This document shows, one piece after another, positions 35,442 through 47,550 of a stretch of DNA of 64,000 nucleotides (within the stretch, counting starts at the first letter, position 1; each line of letters opens with the position of its first letter). Origin of the DNA: Scyliorhinus canicula (Eukaryota); NCBI RefSeq assembly GCF_902713615.1, contig NC_052161.1:86716236-86780235 (forward strand), read 5' to 3'. The notes beneath the pieces were generated by a model. It did no database searches, was not told where the DNA came from, and saw only the letters and a program-made list of their open reading frames with translations. A program made the position numbers and the translations under genes.

Positions 35442-35472
35442 TCAAGCGGTGTACTGTCCTCTGGGGCCCAGC
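35442..35472 (-). CDS. CD4: CD4 terminal coding exon (R)LGPRGQYTA*
   Basis: Acceptor attcttatcttttcag|G. Phase 2 matches the previous exon. TGA at 35442-35444. Confidence 0.65.
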
Positions 35473-35509
35473 CTGAAAAGATAAGAATAGAGGGTTACTT
35501 TCTCAAAGA

Positions 35510-36490
35510 ATAAAGCTCATGTTGCACAGAACGAGGCCCTTCGGCCCATCGTGTCTGTGCTGGCCATCAAGCAGCTATCCCAATCCCATTTTCCAGCATT
35601 TGGTCTATTATCTTGCACACTGTGGCGTTTCAAATGCTCATTTAAATGGTCTTTAAATGTTGTGAGGGTTTCCGCCTCTCTAACCCTCTCAGGCAGCGAG
35701 TTCCAGATTCCCACCAACCTCTGGGTGAAAAGGTTTCTCCTCAAATCCCCTCTGATCTCCCAGCCTAACCCGGATAAAAGCAAATTCCTGCGGATGCTGG
35801 AATCTGAAACCAAAGAGAAAATGCTGGAAAACCTCAGCAGGTCTGGCAGCATCTGTACGGAGAGAAAAGAGCTAACGTTTCGAGTCCAGGTGACCCTTTG
35901 TCAAAGCTTTGCCAGACTTGCTGGGATTTTCCAGCATTTTCTCTCCAGCCTAACCATCCCTCTTCATAGCTGAAACGCTCCAACCCAGGCAACACCCTGG
36001 CGAATCACCTCTGCTCTCTCTCCAGTGTCATCACATCCTTCCTATAGTGTGGTGACCAGAATTTCACACAGTACTGTAGCTATGGCCCAACCAATGTTTT
36101 ATCCAGCTCCCATCATCATCTCCCATTTCCAGCTAATAAAGGCACGTATTCCATCTGCCTTGTTAACCACCTTTTCTACCTGTCCTGCTGCCTTCAGGGA
36201 TCTGTGGACATGCACCCCAAGGCCCCTCTGGTCCTCTATCCTAACATCCTACTGTTCATTGTGGATTCCCTGGCCTTTAGACATAGACATAGAACATACA
36301 GCTCACAAGGAGGCCATTCAGCCCATCGAGTCTGCACGGATCCACTTAAGCCCTCACTTCCACCCTATCCCCGTAACCCAATAACCCCTCCTTTTTAAAA
36401 AATAAATTTACAGTACCCAATTACTTTTTCCAATTAAGGGGCAATTTAGCGCGGCCAATCCACCTGCCCTGCACATCTTTGGGTTGTGGG
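35510..36490. mobile_element. Mosaic of CR1 3' fragments, a Penelope-like short repeat (~35770-35945) and SINE tails
   Basis: CR1 3' translation (DLRRNLFTQRLVGIWNSLP) on the minus strand. The SINE tail matches 35088-35200. Confidence 0.65.
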
Positions 36491-39400
36491 GGCTTTTATG
36501 ACCGCTTTCGAACTGGAATTGAGCAGTTTAATCACCTCGGGGTAGTTTGAGAAGTAATCTATGGTTCGAAAATAATCATTTCCATGGAAGTAAAACAGGT
36601 CAATGTCAACCTTTGACCATGGAGTCTTTGCAAGGTCATGCATCGTAAGTGCCTCCTTTTGCTGCTGTGAGTGGTAACGTTGGCAGTTTTCGCATGATTG
36701 GCAGGTATCCTCATGATACCTGGCCAATATACTGATTGACGAGCTCTTCGTTTGAACTTTTCCATCCCCAGATGGCCTTCATGCACCTTGCTGAGGATCA
36801 TGTTCCTTATCGAAGCCGGAATTACAATCTGGCCTTGTCTAAGCAGGAATCCGTTCATGCTGCTCAGATCCGCTCGTATGTTCCTGTAGCTGGAACAAGT
36901 TCCTTTGAGCCACCATCTCGCATGTACTTCAGCCCACGCTGAATTGTGTCATCCTTGGCTGTTTCCTCTTTAATTAGTTTCATTTTCTCATCAGAGAGAG
37001 GTAGACATTCTGCTATCAGGGTTGCTTGAGCTTCGATGGCCTGGACAACGTCGGTCGATCCTGTATATTCCTCAGTTGCACGCGACAGTGCATCGGCTAC
37101 AACAAAGTATTTACCCGGTGTGTAGACTAGCTCAAAGTCATACCTTTGAAGTTTTATTATCATACGTTGGAGCCTCGGAGACATATCATTAAAAGTTTTC
37201 TTGATGATGGATACGAGAGAACGATGATCCGTCTCCACGGTAAAGGTGAGTAACCCGGACACATCGTTGTGGAACTCGTCCATTCCAGTGAGGAAACCCA
37301 AACATTATGTTTTGATTTGCGCATAGCGCTGCTCGGTCGGTGTCATTGCTTTTGACGCATAAACCATCGTTTGCCATTACCCATCAGATGTTTGCTGAAC
37401 TAACACAGCTCCTATGCCGTCCTGGCTAGCATCTGTGGATACCTTTGTTTCATTCTTAGGATTGATGAAAGACAGAACTGGTGCTGTGGTGAGTGCTGTC
37501 ATTAAGTCAGACCACTCCTTCGCGTGTTCTTCAGCCATGTGAATACAACATTTTTCTGTACTCGCCGTCTCAGAGCCGTTGTACATGATGATAAATTTGG
37601 AATGAGCTTTCCCAGAAAGTTTACCACGCCTAGCAGTCTAAGAACCGCTTTCTTGTCTTTGGGGGAAGACACCTTGTTGACGGCTGCAACCTTCTCGGTG
37701 TCTGGCTGCACACCTTGAGCTGAAATCTGGTCACCTAAAAAGGTGAGTTTGTGGATACCAAATTGACATTTGGTCTATTGAGTTTTAAACCAAACCTCTC
37801 TACTTGTTGCATTAGAACAAGAAAAAAGAACAATACAGCACAGGAACAGGCCCTTCGGCCCTCCAAACCTGTACCGGTCAAAATACCACAACCCTCAGCA
37901 CTTCCTTGTGCTCTATCCCTCTATACCCATCCTATCCATGTGCTTGCCAAGATGCCTTTTGAACGCCGTTAATGTATCTGTTTCCACAACCTTCCCTGGC
38001 AACGTGTTCCAGGAACTCACCACCCTCTGCGTAAAAGAACTGCCTCGCACATCTCCTCTAAACTTTGTCCCACGGAACTTAAACCTATGCCCCTGTTCAC
38101 TGACCCCTCCACCCTGGGAAAGAGTTCCTGCCCATCCACTCTATCCATGCCCCTCATAATCTTGCAGACATCTATCAGGTCACCCCTCAACCTCTGTCTT
38201 TCTAATGAAAACAGTCCGAGTCTGTTCAGCCTCTCCACATAGCAAACACCCCTCCAGACCAGGAAACATCCTAGTAAACCTCCTCTGCACCCTCTCCAAA
38301 GCCTCCACATCCTTCTGGCAGTGTGGCGACCAGAATTGTGCGCAATATTCCAAGTGCGGCCTTACCAAGGTTCTATGCAACTGTATCATGACAGTTTGTA
38401 ATACTCAATGTCCTGTCCAATGAAGGCAAGCATTCCGTATGCTTTCTTGACTACCTTGTCCACTTGTGTTGCCACTTTCAAAGATCTGTGGACATGCACG
38501 CACAGATCTCTCTAACTTTCTACATTCCTAAGAGTTTTGCCATTTACGATATATTTTCCCTCTATGTTAGACCTACCAAAATGCATTACTTGAAGTCTTG
38601 AGTTGTGTTCTTCTTGAGTCGCTGACCATATGATGATATCGTAAACATATACTCTGACATCTTCAAGACCTTCTATTATTTGTTCCATCGCTCAATTAAG
38701 TATTTCTGATGCCGATATGATACCAAAAGGCATTCGATTAAAACAGTACCCTCCATCTGGAGTGTTGATGTTTTCTGCTGGTTTCATCTAACTGCAGTTG
38801 CCTAAACCGTCTGGAGGCATCTAGTTTATGAAAATTCTGGCACATTTCACTCGTGATCTCTTCACATTTGGGAATTGGGGAATATTCCCTCTTTATATTT
38901 TCGTTGAGATCATTCGGATCAATGCAGATTCTGAGAATTCCATTTGTATTTTTGACCCACACCATTGAACAAACCCAGTCAGTGGGTTCTATCACTTTAG
39001 TGATGGTCCCTAGTTGCTGCATGTGGTTAGGTTCCAGTTTCAGGAACCTCGAGGGAGCTGGTACCCTCCTTGGTGCATCAATAACTGCTTGGAATTCTCT
39101 CTAATCTGTATTTTGTATGTGATTGGTAACGTACCCATTCCATGAAAAATATTGGGAAACTTGTTAATAATGGCATCTATTTGGTCTTTGCCAGTGGCGG
39201 AGATCTTGTCTGAGCTGTGAATTCACTTCACAGGAGCTCGCAAGCCAACAATGAAGAACATCTTGGTCCTCCAATCTATAATTTGAGAGGCATCTTCATG
39301 TCTTTGACCTGATGACATTGCCACTGCAGTCCCTTAACCGACATTGTCAGCAATTTGAGGTTTTGTTTTCAGTTTGGCTAAGTCTAATTGATTTATTAGA

Positions 39401-40937
39401 TTAGCTCGTGCACCGGTATCCAGTTTAATTTGAGCATTGCTTCCGTTAACCTTTAATGAAAGGTTGAACCCTGACTGAGATCGGGTTTAAATTTGCCGCA
39501 TTGGAAATTGCCTGTGGAGTTTTATTTACACTTTCAACAATATCACTTTCAACAATATCAACAAAGAAAGTGTCTTCTAAATCATATTTATCTTGCACAG
39601 TGTCAGGTTTACTGGCTTTATTTTCATATTTGTTTAAACTTATTTCCTGGACAACTCTTCCTTTAGTGACTGCACTCATCTTTTTAAATTGTTCCGATGT
39701 AGTTCCCGTTCGACACTGAGAAATGAAGAGATTAAGTCTGTGACACTTTGCACAGGTTTTACCGAAGGCTGGCCATTTTTTTTTTTGCTTGGTGGACGTG
39801 GCCACCACGTTTGCACGCCATGATGCTCGTGATGTCATGTGCAAAATGGCCGCCGTCTGATGCGCGCTGATTTTTCAAATGCGGCACTGCATCAACGGCG
39901 TTGGCCGCGTTGTTTGTTTTCACGCCACTTTCATGGACCAACATTTCGGAATATTGATTTTTATCAAGTTTGTTTGCACGACATATACTAATGGTGTCTT
40001 CTAACGTTAACTTTGATTGTCTCAGTAATCTCTCACGCTGCTTTTCATTTTTAATCAATATACAATCTGATCGCACAGAATGGAGTCTAATAATATGGAA
40101 AAGTACAGGTCTGCGTTTGAGCCTGAGATCTGTAATAAAGCAGTCAAGTGTTTCACCTGCTTTCTGGACTCTTTTCTGGAATATATATCTTTCAAAGTTT
40201 CATTTATCTAAAGCTCACAATGCCTGTCGAACATTTCGGTTGCTTTACTCTATTTTTTTTCTTTCATCTTCATTCTCAAAACGGAACGTGTTGAAAGTCT
40301 CTCGGGCTGGGGATCCAGCCATTAAGACCATAAGACCATAAGACATAGGAGCGGAAGTAAGGCCATTCGGCCCATCGAGTCCACTCCACCATTCAATCAT
40401 GGTTGATTTCAACTCCATTTACCCGCTCTCTCCCCGTTGTTAAAAACAACACAATTTTCCGCTGATCACTGACTGCTTCAAGGTCCAAGGCTGAGATATA
40501 TAATTCAAACTGCTGTTTGAAACTTTTCCAGTTAACATCAACTGTACCCGATGTCCGGAATTGCTTTGGAGTCGGCAAACCCTGCATGAAGCTTCTACTG
40601 CCCAGTTTTTTCCAACGTTACTGACTGCCACGAGGTGGTTGAGATCGGAGCCCGGTAGAGATTTCTTTCTTCTCTCTTTGCACGGAGATTTTTCCCTCGC
40701 TGAACATTTCAATGCTCTGAAAACACCCCTGGTACCATGTGACGTTTTCTTTATAAGGATGGCTTGGATGTGTAGTGTTCAACAAAAACATCAAGCTATG
40801 TTAATTAACAAAGCTGATTTATTAACACTACTTTTAACCAGATTTGAAAGTAGTCCGAAGTACAATGGTTGCTAAATAAACTACGCTATAACTCTTGACT
40901 GCTCTTGAGAACCATCTGGTGGTTAGATGTATTTACA
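36490..40937 (-). mobile_element. Degenerate Mag-like Gypsy element in the last CD4 intron, 5' LTR ~40738-40937
   Basis: PBS TGGTACCAGG directly after the LTR end ACA. gag (NWKSFKQQFELY), RT, RH (DASQDGIGAVL) and IN (WSKVDIDLF, IDYFSNYPEV) fragments with many stops. 3' end truncated. Confidence 0.85.
37814..38590 (-). mobile_element. CR1 3' fragment inserted in the Mag-like RT
   Basis: LVRPHLEYCAQFWSPH..LERVQRRFTRM motif and CR1 tail. Confidence 0.9.
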
Positions 40938-41234
40938 TGAAATTGTTAAACCTTCACCTCCCACACACTATCCATATTGTTCCAGCAACTGGACCCTGTG
41001 AGTAATCGGTTTGCTCCTGAAGGCGTCCCCCAATCCCCCCTCCCATACAACACTCCTTAAAACCAAAACCATTGAATGATTTGTTAGTTGTCCCTCCTGA
41101 GAGAGGCCTGAGACAGCTGAGAGTCAAATTGGCTTTCCCGTTAGCACTCCGATTGGGCACTGCGCTGACTCAAAGATTGGCAAAAACCTGAAATATCTGA
41201 TAGCGCCGGCTCTCTGTCACCAGCTCCAACTCAC

Positions 41235-41360
41235 CGGTTCCCTTTCCCCTGTGAGGACCGGCCTCTCCGTGGCTGATGGGGGCAGTAACGAGGCAACGGC
41301 GGTAGCGGGCGTTCCGTGCTCGTGTAATCATTGCTGTTGCAAAGTGGCTGGTTCGAGAGT
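41235..41360 (-). CDS. CD4: CD4 cytoplasmic exon 2: LSNQPLCNSNDYTSTERPLPPLPRYCPHQPRRGRSSQGKGN
   Basis: Acceptor cccctctcag|, donor CG|gtgagt, phase 2/2. Contains the CxH motif. Confidence 0.85.
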
Positions 41361-41411
41361 CTGAGAGGGGAACATGAAACAAGTTAATAATTTGTTAAGT
41401 AACAACCCTCA

Positions 41412-42830
41412 ACACTGTCCCCATCAAACACTCCCAGGACAGGTACAGCACGGGGTTAGATACAGAGTAAAGCTCCCTCTACACTGTCCCCATCAAACAC
41501 TCCCAGGACAGGTACAGCACCGGGTTAGATACAGAGTAAAGCACCCTCTACACTGTCCCCATCAAACACTCCCAGAACAGGTAGAGCACTTGGTTAGATA
41601 CAGGGTAAAGCTCCCTCTACACTGACCCCATCAAACATTCCCAGGACAGGTAGAGCATGGGGTTAGATACAGAGTAAATCTCCCTCTACACAGTCCCCAT
41701 CAAACACTCCCAGGACAGGTACAGCACGGGGTTAGATACAGAGTAAATCTCCCTCTACACTGTCCCCATCAAACACTCCCAAGACAGGTACAGCACGGGG
41801 TTAGATACAGAGTAAAGCTCCCTCTACACTGTCCCCATCAAACACTCCCAGGACAGGTACAGCACGGGGTTAGATACAAAGTAAAGCTTCCTCTGCACTG
41901 TCCTCATCAAACACATCCCAGGACAGGAACAGCACAGGGTTAGATACAGAGTAAAGCTCCCTCTACACTGTCCCATCAGACACTCCCAGGACAGGTACAG
42001 CACGGGGTTAGATACAGAGTAAAGCTCCCTCTACACTGTCCCCATCAAACACTCCCAGGACAGGTACAACATGGGGTTAGATACAGAGTAAAGCTCCCTC
42101 TACACTGCCCCCATCAAACATTCCCAGGACAGGTACAGCACAGGGTTAGATACAGAGTAAATCTCCCTCTACACTGTCCCCATCAAACACTCCCAGAACA
42201 GGTACAGCACGGGGTTAGATACAGAGTAAAGCTCCCTCTACACTGTCCCCATCAAACACTCCCAGGACAGGTACTGCACGGGGTTAGATACAGAGTAAAG
42301 CTCCCTCTACTCTGTCCCCGTCAAACACTCCCAGGACAGGTACAGCACGGGGTTAGATACAGAGTAAAGCTCCCTCGACACTGTTCCATCAAACACCCCC
42401 AGGACAGCTACAGCACGGGGTTAGATACAGAGTACAGCTCCCTCTACACTGTCCCCATCAAACACTCCCAGGACAGGTACAGCACGGGGTTAGATACAGA
42501 GTAAAGCTCCCCCTACACTGTCCCCATCAAACACTCCCAGGACAGGTACAGCACGGGGTTAGATACAGAGAAAAGCTCCCCCTACACTGTCCCCATCAAA
42601 CACTCCCTGGACAGGTACAGCACGGGGTTAGATACAGAGTAAAGCTCCCTCTACACTGTCCCCATCAAACACTCCCAAGACAGGTACAGCACGGGGTTAG
42701 ATACAGAGTAAAGCTTCCTCTACACTGTCCCCATCAAACACTCCCAGGACAGGTACAGCACGGGGTTAGATACAGAGTAAAGCTCCCTCTATATTGTCCC
42801 CATCAAACACCCCCAGGACAGGTACAGCAT
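41412..42830 (+). repeat. 69-bp satellite block, forward orientation
   Basis: Unit cactgtccccatcaaacactcccaggacaggtacagcacggggttagatacagagtaaagctccctcta. Confidence 0.95.
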
Positions 42831-42907
42831 TTGGAATCAAGTTAAGTGTCTGGTTGGCAGGTTCTGGGTATGGAGGGGTATTTGAGAGATGTTTCAAGGT
42901 AACTCAC

Positions 42908-42960
42908 TGGTGACTGTGCTCCCGGCACAGAGGGTGTCTCAATCTCCTCAATGCTCGTCT
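42908..42960 (-). CDS. CD4: CD4 cytoplasmic exon 1: RRALRRLRHPLCREHSH(Q)
   Basis: Acceptor ttctttcctcacag|, donor CA|gtgagt, phase 0/2. Confidence 0.85.
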
Positions 42961-43335
42961 CTGTGAGGAAAGAACAGACATTCCGAGTTAGCAATGGAGT
43001 AAACATTTTGCAATGATGAGAGATTTAGGATGGAAGAGAGAGAGAGAGACGGAGACCGAGGGGCAGTGAGGCAGAAAAACAGAGAGAGAGAGAGGGGGAG
43101 AGAGAAAGAGAGAAGGGGAGAGAGTGAGAAAGACAGTGGGCGAGAGAGAGGGACAGGGCGAGAGAGAGGGACACAGCGAGAAAGAGAGAGCAAGATAGTG
43201 TGAGAGAAACAGGGAGAGAGAGAGAGAGAGACAGCCATAGAGAAACAGTCAGACAGGCAGCCAGGGAGAGTGAGAGACAATACCAAAGAGACAGAGGGAG
43301 TCACACAGCATGACGGGCAGAGGGAGAACGAGAGC

Positions 43336-43621
43336 TGTGATGATATGCAAAAAGCAAGTTTGTACATAATGTTAAGCATGACCTCCGACCACTAGGTGGC
43401 AGTGTAAACCCACCACATAACCCTGTAGCTGGGGAGTTGGATGTAAGTCGTGTTGGTGGATAGACATATTTTTCAGTAGTTCTACAATAGTTAATTAGTG
43501 TTCGTAGTTTATTATTTTCTTTATCCTAGTTATCTTATCACGCATGTGTTTCATAATAAATTATTTACACTGTATGTTCTGTAGTTCATCATTCACTTTG
43601 GCCTGTCCACAGAACATGACA
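43336..43621 (+). mobile_element. Solo LTR with a consensus CTCF motif
   Basis: TGTGATG...CATGACA termini, TSD agagc/agaac. The start resembles the LTR at 61617. CCACTAGGTGGCAG at 43389-43402. Confidence 0.7.
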
Positions 43622-44184
43622 AGAACGAGAGCCAAAGAGAGAGAGAAAGAAACAGGGGAAAGTGACAGAGAGAGAAAGGGACAGAGAGAAAGAGAGAGAG
43701 AGCGAGAGAGTGCGTCAGCAAGCAACAGAGAACATGACAGAGCGAAAGGGATGAGAGTGAGGGAGAGACAGAGAGAAACTCAGTGAGACAGAGCGACAGA
43801 CAGCAAGAGAGAGAGGAGAGAGAGAGACAGGAGTGGAGAGATTGAGAGTGATATGGAGATGTAGATGGAGAGACAGAGAGGGAGAGACAGAAAGGGGGAG
43901 ACAGAGAGAAAGACTGAGAGAGTGAGAGACAGGGATTTTGAGAGAGGTAGACAGAAACAGTGAGTGTGAGACAGATAGAGAGAGGGAGTGAGAGACAGAG
44001 AGTGAGAGGGAGTGACGGAGAGATGAGAGTGAGGAAGGAGAGATGAGAGAGTGAGACAGCTAGATACAGAGAAAGAGGTTTTGGGAGGCAGTAATAGCTC
44101 TCGCTTGAGGGATGTTAGAATGGATCAGTGAATCAAAGAATGGGCATGGGAGCAATGGCCCAATCCTTGCCCTGGTACCCTTAC

Positions 44185-44312
44185 CCGCCTCCTGGCTCTC
44201 TTTGCCAGGCAGATGCCAATCAGCGTGAAGATGACAATCAGGAGGAGTAAAGAGGCTGATGTCCCGATCATCAGGATTAAATTGTCCTTCCCGAAGATAC
44301 TGACAACCGGCT
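44185..44312 (-). CDS. CD4: CD4 transmembrane exon: (E)PVVSIFGKDNLILMIGTSASLLLLIVIFTLIGICLAKRARRR
   Basis: Acceptor ttcctgttctgtgtag|, donor CGG|gtaagg, phase 1/0. Hydrophobic span, juxtamembrane Cys and basic stop-transfer cluster. Confidence 0.92.
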
Positions 44313-44369
44313 CTACACAGAACAGGAAAACGTCAAATAATTCCCAAAATCAGAGACACACTCGCATCT

Positions 44370-46005
44370 TACACCGTGCTATACCTGTCCTGGGAGTGTT
44401 TGATGGGGACAGTGTAGAGGGAGCTTTACTCTGTATCTAACCCCGTGCTGCACCTGTCCTGGGAGTGTTTGATGGGGACAGTGTAGAGGGAGCTTTACTC
44501 TGTATCTAACCCCGTGCTGTACCTGTCCTGGGAATGTTTGATGGGGACAGTGTAGAGGGACCTTTACTCTGTATCTAACCCTGTGCTGTACCTGTCCTGG
44601 GAGTGTTTGATGGGGATAGTGTAGAGGGAGCTTTACTCTGTATCTAACCCCGTGCTGTACCTGTCCTGGGAGTGTTTCATGGAGACAGTGTAGAGGGAGC
44701 TTTACTCTGTATCTAACCCCGTGCTGCACCTGTCCTGGGAGTGTTTGATGGGGACAGTGTAGAGGTAGCTTTAGTCTGTATCTAACCCCGTGCTGTACCT
44801 GTCCTGGGAGTGTTTGATGGGGAGAGTGTGGAGGGAGCTTTACTCTGTATCCAACCCCGTGCTGTACCTGTCCTGGGAGTGTTTGATGGGGACAGTGAAG
44901 AGGGAGCTTTTCTCTGTATCTAATCCTGTGCTGTACCTGTCCTGGGAGTGTTTGATGGGGACAGTGTAGAGGGAGCTTTACTCTGTATCTAACCCTGTGC
45001 TTTACCTGTCCTGGGAGTGTTTGATGGCGACAGTGTAGTGGGAGCTTTACTCTATATCTAACCCCGTGCTGTGCCTGTCCTGGGAGTGTTTGATGGGGAC
45101 AATGCAGAAGGAGCTTTACCCTGTATCTAACCCATACTGTACCTGTCCTGGGAGTGTTTGATGGGGACAGTGTAGAGGGAGCTTTACTCTGTATCTAACC
45201 CCGTGCTGTACCTGTCCTGTGAGTGTTTGATGGGGACAATGTAGAGGGAGCTTTCCTCTGTATCTAACCCCGTGCTGTACCTGTCCTGGAAGTGTTTGAT
45301 GGGGACAGTGCAGAGGGAGCTTTACTCTGTATCTAACCCCATGCTGTACCTGTCCTGGGAGTGTGTGATGGTGATAGTGTGGAGGCAGCTTTACTCTGTA
45401 TCTAACCCCGTGCTGTACCTGTCCTGGGAATCTTTGATGGGGACAGTGCAGAGGGTTCTTTACTCTGTATCTAATCCCGTGCTGTTCCTGTCCTGGGAGT
45501 GTTTGATGGGGACAGTGTAGAGGGAGCTTTACTCTGTATCTAACCCCGTGCTGTACTTGTCCTGTGAGTGTTTGATGGGGACAGTGTAGAGGGAGCTTTA
45601 CTCTGTATCTAACCCCGTGCTGTACCTGTCCTGGGAGTGTTTGATGGGGACAGTGCGGAGGGAGCTTTACTCTGTATCTAACCCCGTGCTGTACCTGTCC
45701 TGGGAGTGTTTGATGGGGGACAGTGTAGAGGGAGCTTTACTCTGTATCTAACCCCGTGCTGTACCTGTCCTGGGAGTGTTTGATGGGGACAGTGCAGAGG
45801 GAGCTTTACTCTGTATCTAATCCCGTGCTGTACCTGTCCTGGGAGTGTTTCATGGGGACAGTGTAGAGGGAGCTTTACTCTGTATCTAACCCCGTGCTGT
45901 ACATGTCCTGGGAGTGTTTGATGGGGAAAGTGTAGAGGGAGCTTTACTCTGTATCTAACCCCGTGCTGTACCTGTCCTGGGAGTGTTTCATGGGGACAGT
46001 GCAGA
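44370..46005 (-). repeat. 69-bp satellite block, inverted relative to 41412-42830
   Basis: Reverse complement of the same unit. Confidence 0.95.
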
Positions 46006-46028
46006 TGTAGTTTTGTTCTGTATCTTAC

Positions 46029-46286
46029 CTGTGACATTGAGGGTCAATGTTGCTGCTCCCAATCTGGCGTTGTTTTGAATGATTTCACAGGTCCATACTC
46101 CAGCTTCGTGCTTGGTGACCTTGATGAGGTTGATGGTGAGAGAATCCTTTCCTTGTGCAATCCCCCCTTTACTGGACATGTTGCTGTGTCTCCACTGAAT
46201 CTGGGTGGATGGGGAATGATGGGAGATCAGGCAACTGAGAGAGATGTTCGAACCAATGATGATCATTCCGGGCTCGCTGACACTCA
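46029..46286 (-). CDS. CD4: CD4 Ig domain D4 (C2-type): VSVSEPG..LSC..IQW..AGVWTCEI..LNVT
   Basis: Phase 1/1, ag/gt boundaries, WxC in place of YxC as typical of CD4/LAG-3 D2 and D4. Confidence 0.93.
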
Positions 46287-46731
46287 CTGAGGGAGAGATC
46301 AAGACCAGGGTCAAAAATATAGAAACAGATCTTCACCAAAGTTCCGATACACTATCTGTCTCTCTCTGTATGTCTCCATCTCTGTCTGTCTCACTCTCTC
46401 TCTCTGTCTCACTCTCTCTCTCTCTGTCTCTTTCTATCTCTCTCTCTCTATTTATCTTTCACTTTGTCTCTCTCTCTCTGTCTGTCTCGCTCGGCCTCTC
46501 ATTCTCTTTGCTCTGTTTCTTTCCATCTCTGTCTCTTTCTTTCTTGATCTGTCTATCTCTCTCTCTGTTTCTGTGTGTCTGTGTGTGTGTATGTGTGTCT
46601 CTCTCTCTCCCTTTCTCTCACAATATCTCTCTGTCACTCTCTCTATCACTCTCTCTCTCTATCTTTTTCTGCCTGTGCCTTCTCAAGACCTCCAGACTTC
46701 CCAGATTGTTTCAGTGACGGGTCATCGGTCA

Positions 46732-47550
46732 TCACTTTGTCACTCCTGCCAAACCATCTGAACAGGGATTCGCGGCTTTTTCATCGAGCTCGCCATTTTC
46801 TCTGCAAAATAACTTGCCGAACATTTGATAGCCGTACTCATCTGGTTTACCCTCTGCTCTCGTGAATTCCTCATCATACTCATGGCCTCCGTGGACCTCA
46901 GCTTGGTACTCATCATTCGAGTTGCTATCAACTGCACAGACTTCTTCTGTGAAGTACGACTTTGCATATGGAATTACATAGTCACGCTGGAGGCCGCCCA
47001 GTCCAAAGTCAGCTGCCAATTTTGTTGCAAACTTCTCTTTAACAGTCCATGCTGTGAAATTTTAGGAGGACTGAAGAAATTGAAGAACAAATCATTTGGT
47101 ATTGTTCCCGCAACCGTTTTGCGAGTACTCCTGCCCTGATGTTTTGTCTTTGTCTTAATAGATCGCAGAGTGACATTTCTTCCTTTCTTCCAGTCAATCT
47201 GGCATCCCGTGCAACCCGTGATTTCTGGTTCGTCAAAGAATTGAAGCTAATCAGGCCGCGATTCCATCTGGTATTCTTTCGGAATAACGTTATTGGTGAA
47301 ATACTCCTTTGGCTCAAAGTTAAACTCCGGAGTGAAGCTTCTTGGCTGTTCAAACTCTGAACATTTAATGTTTACATCTCGCAGATGCTTTAATGTGGGC
47401 ACATTGTGCTCCTGTATCATGCCACGGAGTATGTCCACATTCCTGAAGACTGGACCAAAAGTCTGGAATTTCATTTGGCTGCTGCATTTCTTCCTTCACT
47501 TTGTCATTGCATGTGTGGAGATTTACTTGTTTTCGATCAATGCAGTCCAT
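46732..47550 (-). pseudogene. Intronless NAP1 (nucleosome assembly protein)-like ORF, disrupted
   Basis: IPDFW, VFRNVD..MIQEH..LKHL, FNFEPKEYFTN, PEITGCTGCQIDWKKGRNVT, FFNFFSPP, LAADF..VIP..YFTEE. One stop (47247) and two frameshifts. ATG in good context at 47550. Confidence 0.9.

Noticed and set aside
46732-47550. Functional host NAP1L gene
   Set aside because: Intronless, N-terminally truncated, with a stop and two frameshifts.
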